Shown piece by piece: positions 12,139-20,783 of a stretch of DNA of 50,851 bases. The stretch comes from an uncultured Staphylococcaceae bacterium (lineage in GTDB: Bacteria > Bacillota_I > Bacilli_A > ML615J-28 > CAG-313). The stretch spans positions 1 through 50,851 of the forward strand of contig CAYLLO010000005.1 in assembly GCA_964384805.1 (NCBI GenBank), in the 5' to 3' direction. The number at the start of each line of letters is the position of its first letter. The stretch's first letter is position 1. The notes under the pieces are model-generated. The model saw only the letters and a list, made by a program, of their open reading frames with translations. It was not told the DNA's origin and did not search any database. The position numbers were made by a program, and so were the translations under genes.

Positions 12139-13392
12139 TTACTTAATCATAAACATTGGTTTATCATCTTCATCACAAATTAACAATAACTTCATTCGTT
12201 CAATTTGTGATATTTTTTTATCTGTTAAATAATTGCTAATTGTTTTAGTACCACCAGAAAAATGTAGACTATCTCCAGCTTTCCTAGTTCTTATAATTAT
12301 TGGCAATCTTGGTATATTATACCATATTTTATTATTTAATGGTTTTAAATAACATATATTTTTATCGACAATAAGTACTTTATTATCTGGCAATTGATAT
12401 TCCCCAGTTTTTTCAATTTTTAAATAAAAGTTCTCAGGAAGACTATCTTTGGGAATAAAACTTATTTTTCCATATTCTTTGATAAATACTAGATTATTGT
12501 TAATATCTGAAATTATTTTATTTTTGGAAGAAAAAATTTTTTTAATTATTTCTTTAACACATAAAGTTGATAATTCATATTTCTTTAGTAAACTAAATAT
12601 TAATTCCGTTTGAAAAAAAGCTGATTCTTTTTCAAAACTAGATAACTGAAAACTTATAATATTATTATCACACACAACTTCATTTTTTATAAATTTATTT
12701 ATTTGTTCTTCTAAAATCTTACTGCTTTCAAAAAGAGTTTCCGAATAATTATTAATTGCTTGATATAATGATGGATTTTCTTTTAATAAAAGCGGAACAA
12801 CATATTTTCTAATTCTATTTCTAGTATAATCATCTTCTTTATTTGATGAATCTTCAAAATATTTTAAATTGTAAGTTGTCGCATAGTCTAAAATATCTTC
12901 TTTTGATAAACTTAGTAAGGGTCGATATATGTTATATTTCTTTTCGGTAGTAAATTTGGCTATTCCCGCATATCCTTTTAAACTAGAGCCTTTAATAAAA
13001 CGCATTAAAATCGTTTCGACATTGTCGTCCGCATGATGGGCTGTTAAAAGAAAGTCCAAATTCTCTTTTTCCATGACTTCATAAAAAAAGTTATATCTTT
13101 GATTCCGTGCCCACTCTTGAAAATTACTTCCTGTGTATTCAGGTAACACCAAAACATGGTGAATAATTTGTTTTTGCGTACAGAAATCTTTGAGGTAGGC
13201 TTCTTCAATATCAGATTCAAGGCGTTTTTTATGATTAACATGAGCAACTACTAGTTTGTTAATTCCTTTCGTTTTTAATGCTAAATCAAGTAAAACTGTC
13301 GAATCAATCCCCGTCGAACAAGCCACAAGAATATTTTGATTTTTTAAAATACTCGTCATTTCATTAACAACATTTAAAATTTTTGTCTCCAT
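12139..13392 (-). CDS. tilS: tRNA(Ile)-lysidine synthase
   Basis: PP-loop STGIDS, AHHADDNVET, YRPLL, EDSSN, RNRIR. Confidence 0.95.
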   Translation of the reverse strand: METKILNVVNEMTSILKNQNILVACSTGIDSTVLLDLALKTKGINKLVVAHVNHKKRLESDIEEAYLKDFCTQKQIIHHVLVLPEYTGSNFQEWARNQRYNFFYEVMEKENLDFLLTAHHADDNVETILMRFIKGSSLKGYAGIAKFTTEKKYNIYRPLLSLSKEDILDYATTYNLKYFEDSSNKEDDYTRNRIRKYVVPLLLKENPSLYQAINNYSETLFESSKILEEQINKFIKNEVVCDNNIISFQLSSFEKESAFFQTELIFSLLKKYELSTLCVKEIIKKIFSSKNKIISDINNNLVFIKEYGKISFIPKDSLPENFYLKIEKTGEYQLPDNKVLIVDKNICYLKPLNNKIWYNIPRLPIIIRTRKAGDSLHFSGGTKTISNYLTDKKISQIERMKLLLICDEDDKPMFMIK

Positions 13393-13562
13393 CTTTCCTT
13401 ACCTCTTTAGTAATTATACCACAATTAACTGAAATTTCCAAGTTTTCTAACTGAAATTATGATGAATTATCTTTTTTTCTCAAAAAATATTAGCATTTTT
13501 TAATCATTTTATTTCGTTTTTTGATATTATATATTAGGTATAAATCCAATAGGAGAATTAAT

Positions 13563-14978
13563 ATGATTAGAAAAACAAAAATTGTTTGTACAATAGGGCC
13601 TTCTATTGACTCTGTTAACACTCTTACTAGTATGATGAAACGAGGAATGAACGTTGCTAGACTTAACTTTAGTCATGCGGTATACGATACGGCCCTAAAA
13701 CAAATTGCTAAAATTCGTAATGCAGCCACAATGGTCAATCAACATGTTGCTATTATGCTCGACACAAAAGGTCCAGAAATTCGAACCGGAAATTTTGTAG
13801 GGGGAGAAGCCTATATTAAAAAAGGAGATATCATTCGTATAGTCCCAGAAGAAATTGAAGGAACTAATAAAGAGTTTTACATTACTTATCCTGAACTATA
13901 TCATGATTTAAATATCGGTGATGCTATTTTAGTTGATGACGGTAATATTAAATTGACTGTTACAGAACTAAAAGAAAACATTATTACTTGTATAGTCGAA
14001 AATGATGGAATTTTGAAAAATAAAAAAGGAATTAATGTTCCTTCTACTAAGCTTTCAATGCCTTTTGTATCTGAAAAAGATTATGCCGATATTAAATTTG
14101 GATGTGAAAATGGCGTAGATTTAATTGCTTTATCCTTTGTTAGACGGGCAGAAGATATTTTAGAAGTTCGGAACCTTTTAGAAGAATTCCATAGACCTGA
14201 TATGGAAATTATTGCGAAAATCGAAAATCAAGAAGGTCTAGATAATATTGATGAGATTTTACAGGTAACCGATGGAATTATGGTTGCCCGGGGTGATTTA
14301 GGTGTAGAAGTGCCTCCTGAAATGGTTCCTTTTCATCAAAAACAACTTGTTGCAAAAGCCAATGCTTTAGGTAAACCCGTTATTATCGCCACTCATATGC
14401 TTGAATCAATGATCAAAAATCCTCGCCCAACAAGAGCCGAAGCCAGTGATGTTGCTAATGCTATTTTAGATGGATGTGACGCTATTATGTTAAGCGGTGA
14501 ATCAGCTATTGGGATGTACCCTTTAGAAAGTGTCGAAATGATGGATCGTATTGCTAAGACTAGTGAAAAAATGATTAACTACCAAAAACGTTTAGGAGAA
14601 GAAATGATCGGTAATTTCCACTCTCAAAACGATGCCATTGGTATTTGTGTTTGTGAATGTGCCATTTCTTTAGATAATGTCGTTGCAATCCTTGCTTTCA
14701 CTGAAACAGGTGGTACAGCTAAACGTATTTGTCGTTATAGACCTTCTGTTCCTTTAATTGCTTGTACTGATTCAGGCGAAACTTGTCGGAAATTAAGTTA
14801 TTATTGTGGAGTCATTCCTGTTGTAACTAAATATGTTAATGATATTAGTATGTGTGATGAAATTGCCGTTGAAGTGGCTCGAAATTTTGGTTTCAAAAAA
14901 GGGTCAAAAATTATTTTAACTGGTGGTTTTGGACAAGTTCACGGGATTACCAATACTATTAGAATCTTAGAAATATAA
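13563..14978 (+). CDS. pyk: Pyruvate kinase
   Basis: KTKIVCTIGP, RLNFSH, DTKGPEIR, MVARGDLG, PTRAE; AGGAG RBS before ATG 13563. Confidence 0.97.
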   Translation: MIRKTKIVCTIGPSIDSVNTLTSMMKRGMNVARLNFSHAVYDTALKQIAKIRNAATMVNQHVAIMLDTKGPEIRTGNFVGGEAYIKKGDIIRIVPEEIEGTNKEFYITYPELYHDLNIGDAILVDDGNIKLTVTELKENIITCIVENDGILKNKKGINVPSTKLSMPFVSEKDYADIKFGCENGVDLIALSFVRRAEDILEVRNLLEEFHRPDMEIIAKIENQEGLDNIDEILQVTDGIMVARGDLGVEVPPEMVPFHQKQLVAKANALGKPVIIATHMLESMIKNPRPTRAEASDVANAILDGCDAIMLSGESAIGMYPLESVEMMDRIAKTSEKMINYQKRLGEEMIGNFHSQNDAIGICVCECAISLDNVVAILAFTETGGTAKRICRYRPSVPLIACTDSGETCRKLSYYCGVIPVVTKYVNDISMCDEIAVEVARNFGFKKGSKIILTGGFGQVHGITNTIRILEI

Positions 14979-15007
14979 AATAGAAGACTTAGGTCTTCTA
15001 TTTTTTG
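14978..15007. terminator. Bidirectional terminator between pyk and ddl
   Basis: AAATAGAAGAC-TTAG-GTCTTCTATTT, overlapping the ddl stop codon. Confidence 0.75.
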
Positions 15008-16104
15008 CTTTTTAGGGAGTTATTTATTAAAATGCTTGATTCAAATGATTGAAGATATTCTTGATTTTTTAAATCGTTTATTAATGTTTGTTTAATTAAA
15101 TCATCAATTAAATCTTTAAAGGTTATTCCTTGTTTATCAAATAAATAAAAAGCTAAAGATCCTGGAATAGTATTTATCTCGTTAACAAATAGTTTTTCTT
15201 CAACGTTATCATATAAAAAGTCAATTCTTACCACTCCAGAAAATTCAAATTTATGATAGATTTGGGCTACAATTGCCTTTATTCGATCACTTAAATCTTT
15301 GCCTATGTTGGCAGGAAGCTGATGATTACTTGTTTCATTTTTGGCCCCATCTTGATATTTATCAGTAAAACGATATATATCGGAAGATAGTTTTAATTCT
15401 TCAATATCTGATATAATTAATTCTTCTTTTTTTTCATAACATGCAACGCTAAATTCTTTGAAATTAGTTAGACACTTTTCTACAATGACTTTGCAATCAT
15501 ATTTAAAAGCATTATTGATCGCTTTCAAATACTCTTCATCATTATTAGCTTTTTGAATCCCAATACTTGATCCGAGTTTAGCAGGTTTTACAATTAAAGG
15601 ATATGGCAGTGATGATAACTTATAATCTTTGTTTATATATACTTCATATGGGATAACTTTAATTTGCATACTTTCTAAAATAATTTTAGTTATTTCCTTG
15701 TCTTGTGCCAGACTTGCTCCCATTACTTTACTTGAAGGGTGGGGAATTTTCAAAATTTCTAAGTAACCACTAACATTACCATCTTCAACTCCTTTTCCAT
15801 GCATAATCGGCAAAATAAGGTCTATTTTAAGCTCTTTTTTACACTTTCGAAAATAATATGATAAATAACTTCCTTTATCATTTCTAATGATATTTACATA
15901 CTCACTTGGCTTAATTTTTAACTTTTTTTGAAAGGTTGTTAGGTTTTTAAATCTTTCTCCTGTTAATAAAAGACCACTCTTAGTAAGATATAAGGGAACA
16001 ATATAATATTTTTCTTGATCTATTGCTTTCATAACTTGAATCGCTGAAAGAATGGAAATATCATGTTCAACACTATTTCCCCCAAATAAAACTCCTATAA
16101 TCAT
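14998..16104 (-). CDS. ddl: D-Ala--D-Ala ligase family ATP-grasp enzyme
   Basis: FGGNSVEHDISILSA, HGKGVEDG, KPAKLGSSIG, RIDF, NEINTIPGSL. Confidence 0.88.
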   Translation of the reverse strand: MIIGVLFGGNSVEHDISILSAIQVMKAIDQEKYYIVPLYLTKSGLLLTGERFKNLTTFQKKLKIKPSEYVNIIRNDKGSYLSYYFRKCKKELKIDLILPIMHGKGVEDGNVSGYLEILKIPHPSSKVMGASLAQDKEITKIILESMQIKVIPYEVYINKDYKLSSLPYPLIVKPAKLGSSIGIQKANNDEEYLKAINNAFKYDCKVIVEKCLTNFKEFSVACYEKKEELIISDIEELKLSSDIYRFTDKYQDGAKNETSNHQLPANIGKDLSDRIKAIVAQIYHKFEFSGVVRIDFLYDNVEEKLFVNEINTIPGSLAFYLFDKQGITFKDLIDDLIKQTLINDLKNQEYLQSFESSILINNSLKSKK

Positions 16105-16108
16105 TTTA

Positions 16109-17635
16109 TTACCTCCTTAAATAATTATCAGGCAGATCATTTTCGATTAAAATAGTTACTGCTTCTTTATATTTTTTTACTGCTTGATGATAAGCTTGTT
16201 GAAAACTTTGAACCATTTCATAGTTTTTAAAAGCACATTTTTGAAAATACTTTTCAATATAGAATGATGCTTCATTTTGTATTAAATAAACCATATCTAG
16301 TTCTTCAACTAAATAACTACCTATTTCTTGGTTTAAGGTTTCCATCTTTTCTCCCGCATCAACAATTCCAGGAGTAATTACAATTTTTTTATTATTTGTT
16401 AGTTTTAAAACTTCTAAAGCATTTTTAAAACCGACAATATTAGCATTGAAGGCATCATCAATCACGAGAATATGATTAAATTTTTCAATACTTAGTCGAT
16501 GTTTAAATGGTTCGAGATTTTTAATACTTTTAATGATATGTTCTTTAGGTATTTTCAAGTATTCAGCTGCAGCTAGTGCACAAAGTATATTACTTATATT
16601 ATGTCTTCCTAATATTAGCGTATTTATATGACCAAAAAATTCACCATTTACATATATATCAAAGTGTAATCCCTGATCACTTAAACTAATATTTTTAGCT
16701 TGATATTGGGCTTTATTATTTATCCCAATCGTAATAACCTTTAAAGATTTAGGATAATCATAGTTTTTTAATAATTCATTATCATTATTAATAATTAATG
16801 CTTCTATTGAACTACTTTTTATTATTTCCAATTTAGTCTGCAATACATTTTCTATAGTTTTAAAAGTTTCCAAATGTTGTGGACCAATTTCTGTAATAAT
16901 TCCTAACTTTACATCAACTAAATCAACTAATTCTTCAATATCATGCTTTTTAGTTGCTCCCATTTCAGCAACAAATACCTCTGTTAATGATGGCAAGTCG
17001 TTATTAATACATTTACTTAATCCCATTGGGGTATTGTAAGAATTAGGGCTAGCATAAGTATAGTAGTAGTTTTTAATCATTTGATAAAGATAATACTTAG
17101 TCGAGGTTTTTCCATAACTTCCCGTAATGCCAATAGTAAAAGGCTTTATTTGGTTTAATTTTTGTCTACTTTTATTCAAGTACTTGTTATTAATATATTT
17201 CTCAATTGGTCCATTAATGATAGATACTAAAATAATTAAAAAGGGAATAAAAATAGTTTCTAATAAAAATAGTAAAGTGTGACAAGGACAAATGAAATAA
17301 GGTAAGATTCCCACTATGGTAAGACTTATTAATAATCTTTTTATCCGCGAGGTTATAACTGGCAAAACTATTAATTGTTCAGTTAACATAAACGAGCCTA
17401 GTATAAAAAACAATACCAAAATAACTAAGTACCACTTATTATAAAAATAATATATACTTAAACATATCAATGATAAATATTCCAAATAGGTACTATAAGT
17501 TTTTAAATAATGTCTTTTTAAATTTTTTAGATATTTTCTAACCTTATAATGATTTTGTTGAAAAATACCAAGAAAAATAACTAATTTGGGGAACATAATT
17601 ATTAACAAAAAGAAAGAGACAATATATAACATCAT
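16109..17635 (-). CDS. murF: MurF-type Mur ligase with N-terminal membrane domain
   Basis: About 140 aa hydrophobic N-terminus containing FQQNHYK; GITGSYGKTSTK, SYNTPMG, EMGA, DDAFNAN. Confidence 0.85.
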   Translation of the reverse strand: MMLYIVSFFLLIIMFPKLVIFLGIFQQNHYKVRKYLKNLKRHYLKTYSTYLEYLSLICLSIYYFYNKWYLVILVLFFILGSFMLTEQLIVLPVITSRIKRLLISLTIVGILPYFICPCHTLLFLLETIFIPFLIILVSIINGPIEKYINNKYLNKSRQKLNQIKPFTIGITGSYGKTSTKYYLYQMIKNYYYTYASPNSYNTPMGLSKCINNDLPSLTEVFVAEMGATKKHDIEELVDLVDVKLGIITEIGPQHLETFKTIENVLQTKLEIIKSSSIEALIINNDNELLKNYDYPKSLKVITIGINNKAQYQAKNISLSDQGLHFDIYVNGEFFGHINTLILGRHNISNILCALAAAEYLKIPKEHIIKSIKNLEPFKHRLSIEKFNHILVIDDAFNANIVGFKNALEVLKLTNNKKIVITPGIVDAGEKMETLNQEIGSYLVEELDMVYLIQNEASFYIEKYFQKCAFKNYEMVQSFQQAYHQAVKKYKEAVTILIENDLPDNYLRR

Positions 17636-18381
17636 TCTTCACCTACTTCCAAATAATGCTTAAGAACATTAATAAATTGGTATTTTTCTTCAATATACGG
17701 AAAATGATGAGAATTATCAAAAGTTACAAGCCCTGAATTTTTAATTCTTTTCTTCATCAATAATGCATCTTTATAAGGCGTTGTTTTATCTAGTTTTCCC
17801 CACATTAATAAAGTTTCACAACCAATTCTTTTTAATTCTTTTCTTTGATTAGTATTTACAACACTACTTAAAGTTTTTTTCATCACCATAGAGGCTTCTA
17901 AATAATCTCGACTCCCCGAAGTTTCTAGCAATTTTTCTAATTTATTTATTTTCCGCATTTTAGTATAAAACCATTTTTTTATTTTATAAACATATATTTT
18001 AATGGATGTTTTAACTGAAAACCGCCTTATTCCAGCACTATCTATTAAAATTAATTTTTTGACCTTATTAGTTGTACTATATCTTATTCCTATTCGTCCG
18101 CCAAATGAATGACCAATTATAATCGGATTATCAATCTTTAATTCATTTACAAACTGTTTTAACAACAAAACATAATCATCTAAAGTATAGGTTCTTAATG
18201 GTTCATCACTATTTCCAAAACCTGGTAGATCCAAAAGATAAACTTGATACTTAATTGCTAACTTAGATGTTACATTTAAAAAATGCTCACCACTTGTTCC
18301 CCAACCATGTAGAACAATGATTGCTTCTCCAATACCATGTACTTGATAATTGATTTTTAAACTATCAAATATAAAAAACAT
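17632..18381 (-). CDS. Alpha/beta hydrolase (esterase-like)
   Basis: LHGWG oxyanion motif, DLPGFG, GHSFGG nucleophile elbow, Asp (D-KTTP) and His (HHFP); ATGA overlap with murF. Confidence 0.92.
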   Translation of the reverse strand: MFFIFDSLKINYQVHGIGEAIIVLHGWGTSGEHFLNVTSKLAIKYQVYLLDLPGFGNSDEPLRTYTLDDYVLLLKQFVNELKIDNPIIIGHSFGGRIGIRYSTTNKVKKLILIDSAGIRRFSVKTSIKIYVYKIKKWFYTKMRKINKLEKLLETSGSRDYLEASMVMKKTLSSVVNTNQRKELKRIGCETLLMWGKLDKTTPYKDALLMKKRIKNSGLVTFDNSHHFPYIEEKYQFINVLKHYLEVGEE

Positions 18382-18398
18382 TTTTTCACCTTCAAATA

Positions 18399-18425
18399 AC
18401 TATATTCGCTAAAAATCTATTTTAT
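18399..18425 (-). promoter_or_regulatory. Possible sigma-E-type promoter of the hydrolase-murF-ddl operon
   Basis: ATA-16bp-AATATAGT, same architecture as the site upstream of yabP. Confidence 0.35.
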
Positions 18426-18528
18426 TATTGTATATTATCTTTTTTTAATGGAAATGATAATAAGTAGCATTTTTAAACTTAATTAACAACACTAAAGTTA
18501 AAAAGTAACTAATATTAATTATTAAAGG

Positions 18529-18547
18529 TTATTTTAGACTAAAATAA
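18529..18547. promoter_or_regulatory. Palindromic operator candidate upstream of the XRE gene
   Basis: TTATTTTAG-A-CTAAAATAA perfect dyad; weaker copy at 18551-18565 just before TATAAT (18568-18573). Confidence 0.45.
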
Positions 18548-18591
18548 AATTTTTTAGTTTAAAAATATATAATAAATATAGAGGTGATAAG

Positions 18592-18870
18592 ATGAATCAT
18601 ACATTTGGTCAAAAAATTCGCGACTATCGAATAGATATGGATTTATCACAAAAAGAAATAGCGGCTTTGATTCCTATGAATCAATCCAATTATTCTAAAA
18701 TTGAACGAGGATTACAAGAGCCGAATATATATCAGTTATGTAAAATATCCGAAATACTACACGTAAGTATTGATGAATTATTAGGAATTGACCGTGCTAG
18801 TTTTGATGAAGAAAAGTTTAATAATTTTCAAAAAGAATTAAATGATTTATATCGTAAATATTTTTCTTAA
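18592..18870 (+). CDS. XRE-family HTH transcriptional regulator
   Basis: LSQKEIA...QSNYSKIERG.EP...LHVSIDELLG; GAGGTG RBS. Confidence 0.92.
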   Translation: MNHTFGQKIRDYRIDMDLSQKEIAALIPMNQSNYSKIERGLQEPNIYQLCKISEILHVSIDELLGIDRASFDEEKFNNFQKELNDLYRKYFS

Positions 18871-18961
18871 TTTTTAAAAAGTAGTAAAGCTAAAGTTTTT
18901 TGATTTTTTATAATTAGTTGAGGTGGCATTAATCTCCTTTTTTAATAGCATTTTTTCTTAA

Positions 18962-18990
18962 GTATTCTTACTTTGTATTCTTACTTTGTA
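18962..18990. repeat. 13-bp tandem direct repeat (2.2 copies)
   Basis: GTATTCTTACTTT GTATTCTTACTTT GTA. Confidence 0.85.
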
Positions 18991-19020
18991 AATTTTAATT
19001 TTCAAAAAATATATCGTACA

Positions 19021-19050
19021 CAAAAAGTCCTAGATTATTTCTAGGACTTT
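19021..19050 (-). terminator. Terminator of the liv operon
   Basis: AAAGTCCTAG-N7-CTAGGACTTT followed by a T-run on the minus strand. Confidence 0.8.
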
Positions 19051-19104
19051 ATTCATATCAGAGTAGATAATATATATATTTTGTAAGAGTTTAGGTTTCT
19101 TAAT

Positions 19105-20013
19105 TTAAGCCCCTAAATACGCTTTTTTAATATCATCATTAGCTAATAAATCTTGGGCTTTACCTTCCATAACAATTGTACCATTTTCCAAAACATACCC
19201 ATAATCGGCTATGCTAAGAGCGGCTTTCGCATTTTGTTCAACTAGTAAGATTGTAATCCCCGAGTCATGTAAGCTTTTAATAATGTTAAAAATTTCGTTA
19301 ACAAAAATCGGTGATAATCCCATTGAAGGTTCATCTAATAAGAGAATTTTAGGCTTACTCATCATTGCTCTTGCCATCGCAAGCATTTGTTGTTCACCAC
19401 CAGACAATGTTCCTGCCTTTTGTTTTTTTCGTTCTTCAAGACGAGGAAATCTTTCAAAAACTTCTTTTAAATCTTCTTTGATTTTGAAAGAATTATGTCT
19501 ACGATACGAACCCATTTCTAAATTTTCTTGAACCGTTAAATTAGCAAATACTTGTCTTCCTTCCGGAACATGAGCAACCCCATACATTATCGCATTATAT
19601 GAAGGGATTCGTAATAAATCCGCTGTGGCATATTTTTGATACTTAGCTTTTAATTTTTTGATTTGATTAATTGATAATCCTGGGATACGTTTAGTCTCAT
19701 CCGTTTCTGCACGTTGTAAAAATTTAAAAACTTTTTCACTTGTACCAAATTCTGTTAATAATTTATCTGTAATTTTCGATCCACAAAATCTATTTAATGT
19801 TCTCTTATCCGTTAAGCCTGTTAAGTCAAGATTCGCAAAAGCTCCTAAATCAACCTTTACAAGTCCAGTTAAGGCTTTTAATAATGTTGTTTTACCAGCT
19901 CCGTTAGCCCCAATTAGTACCACTAATTCTCCTTTATCAACATTTAAATTAACTGATTTTAACGCTTTGATGTTGCCATTATATGTAACAGATAAATTTT
20001 TTACTTCTAACAT
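19105..20013 (-). CDS. livF: Branched-chain amino acid ABC ATPase LivF with about 65 aa insertion
   Basis: GANGAGKT, HVPEGRQVF, LSGGEQQM, LLDEPSMGL, VEQN; 302 aa versus the usual ~235. Confidence 0.9.
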   Translation of the reverse strand: MLEVKNLSVTYNGNIKALKSVNLNVDKGELVVLIGANGAGKTTLLKALTGLVKVDLGAFANLDLTGLTDKRTLNRFCGSKITDKLLTEFGTSEKVFKFLQRAETDETKRIPGLSINQIKKLKAKYQKYATADLLRIPSYNAIMYGVAHVPEGRQVFANLTVQENLEMGSYRRHNSFKIKEDLKEVFERFPRLEERKKQKAGTLSGGEQQMLAMARAMMSKPKILLLDEPSMGLSPIFVNEIFNIIKSLHDSGITILLVEQNAKAALSIADYGYVLENGTIVMEGKAQDLLANDDIKKAYLGA

Positions 20014-20017
20014 ATAA

Positions 20018-20782
20018 TCACTCTCCTAAGTATGCCGCAATAACTTCTTTGTTATTTTTAATTTCTTCGGGAGTTCCTGTGGCAATTTCTTTACCAAAGC
20101 TAATGACTTTTATCCATTCACAAATCCCCATAACTAATTTCATATCATGTTCAATTAATAATATTGCGGTATTAAATTTTTCTCTAACAATTTTAATTGT
20201 TTCCATTAGTTCTTCGGTTTCAATCGGATTCATCCCTGCAGCTGGTTCATCTAAACAAATAATTGAAGGATGGGATGCTAAAGCCCTAGCAATTTCTAAC
20301 TTTCTTTGTTTTCCATAAGGTAGATTTTGTGCTTGTTCGGTCACATATTCTGAAAGTCCTAAAACTTCCAAAATTTCTAATGCTTCTTTAGTAGCCTTAT
20401 CTTCTTGTTCCCAATACTTTTTAGTTTTAAAAAAACTATCAAATAGACCATAATTCATATGAATATTAGACGAAACTTTAACATTTTCTAAAACAGACAT
20501 TCTTTTAAATAATCTAATATTTTGAAACGTTCTTGAAATGCCCATTTTAACTCGATTGTGAGCAGGCATCTTTGTAACATCTTCCCCTCTTAATTCAATT
20601 GTTCCACTACTTGGGATATATACACCTGTTAACATATTAAAAACGGTTGTTTTACCAGCTCCATTAGGTCCAATTAAGCCAACTAATTCTCCTTCTTTAA
20701 TTTCAATACTAAACTCTTCAACCGCATGTAATCCTCCAAAAACCATGGAAATATTATTTGTTTTTAAAACTGTTTGAGCCAT
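20018..20782 (-). CDS. livG: Branched-chain amino acid ABC ATPase LivG
   Basis: GPNGAGKTT, SRTFQNIRLF, LPYGKQRKLEIARAL, DEPAAGMN. Confidence 0.95.
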   Translation of the reverse strand: MAQTVLKTNNISMVFGGLHAVEEFSIEIKEGELVGLIGPNGAGKTTVFNMLTGVYIPSSGTIELRGEDVTKMPAHNRVKMGISRTFQNIRLFKRMSVLENVKVSSNIHMNYGLFDSFFKTKKYWEQEDKATKEALEILEVLGLSEYVTEQAQNLPYGKQRKLEIARALASHPSIICLDEPAAGMNPIETEELMETIKIVREKFNTAILLIEHDMKLVMGICEWIKVISFGKEIATGTPEEIKNNKEVIAAYLGE

Positions 20783-20783
20783 C

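Noticed and set aside
19060-19090. dif-like appearance of AGAGTAGATAA-TATATATA-TTTTGTAAGAG
   Set aside because: 8-bp spacer and weak arm matches; neighbouring genes are usually origin-proximal rather than terminus-proximal.
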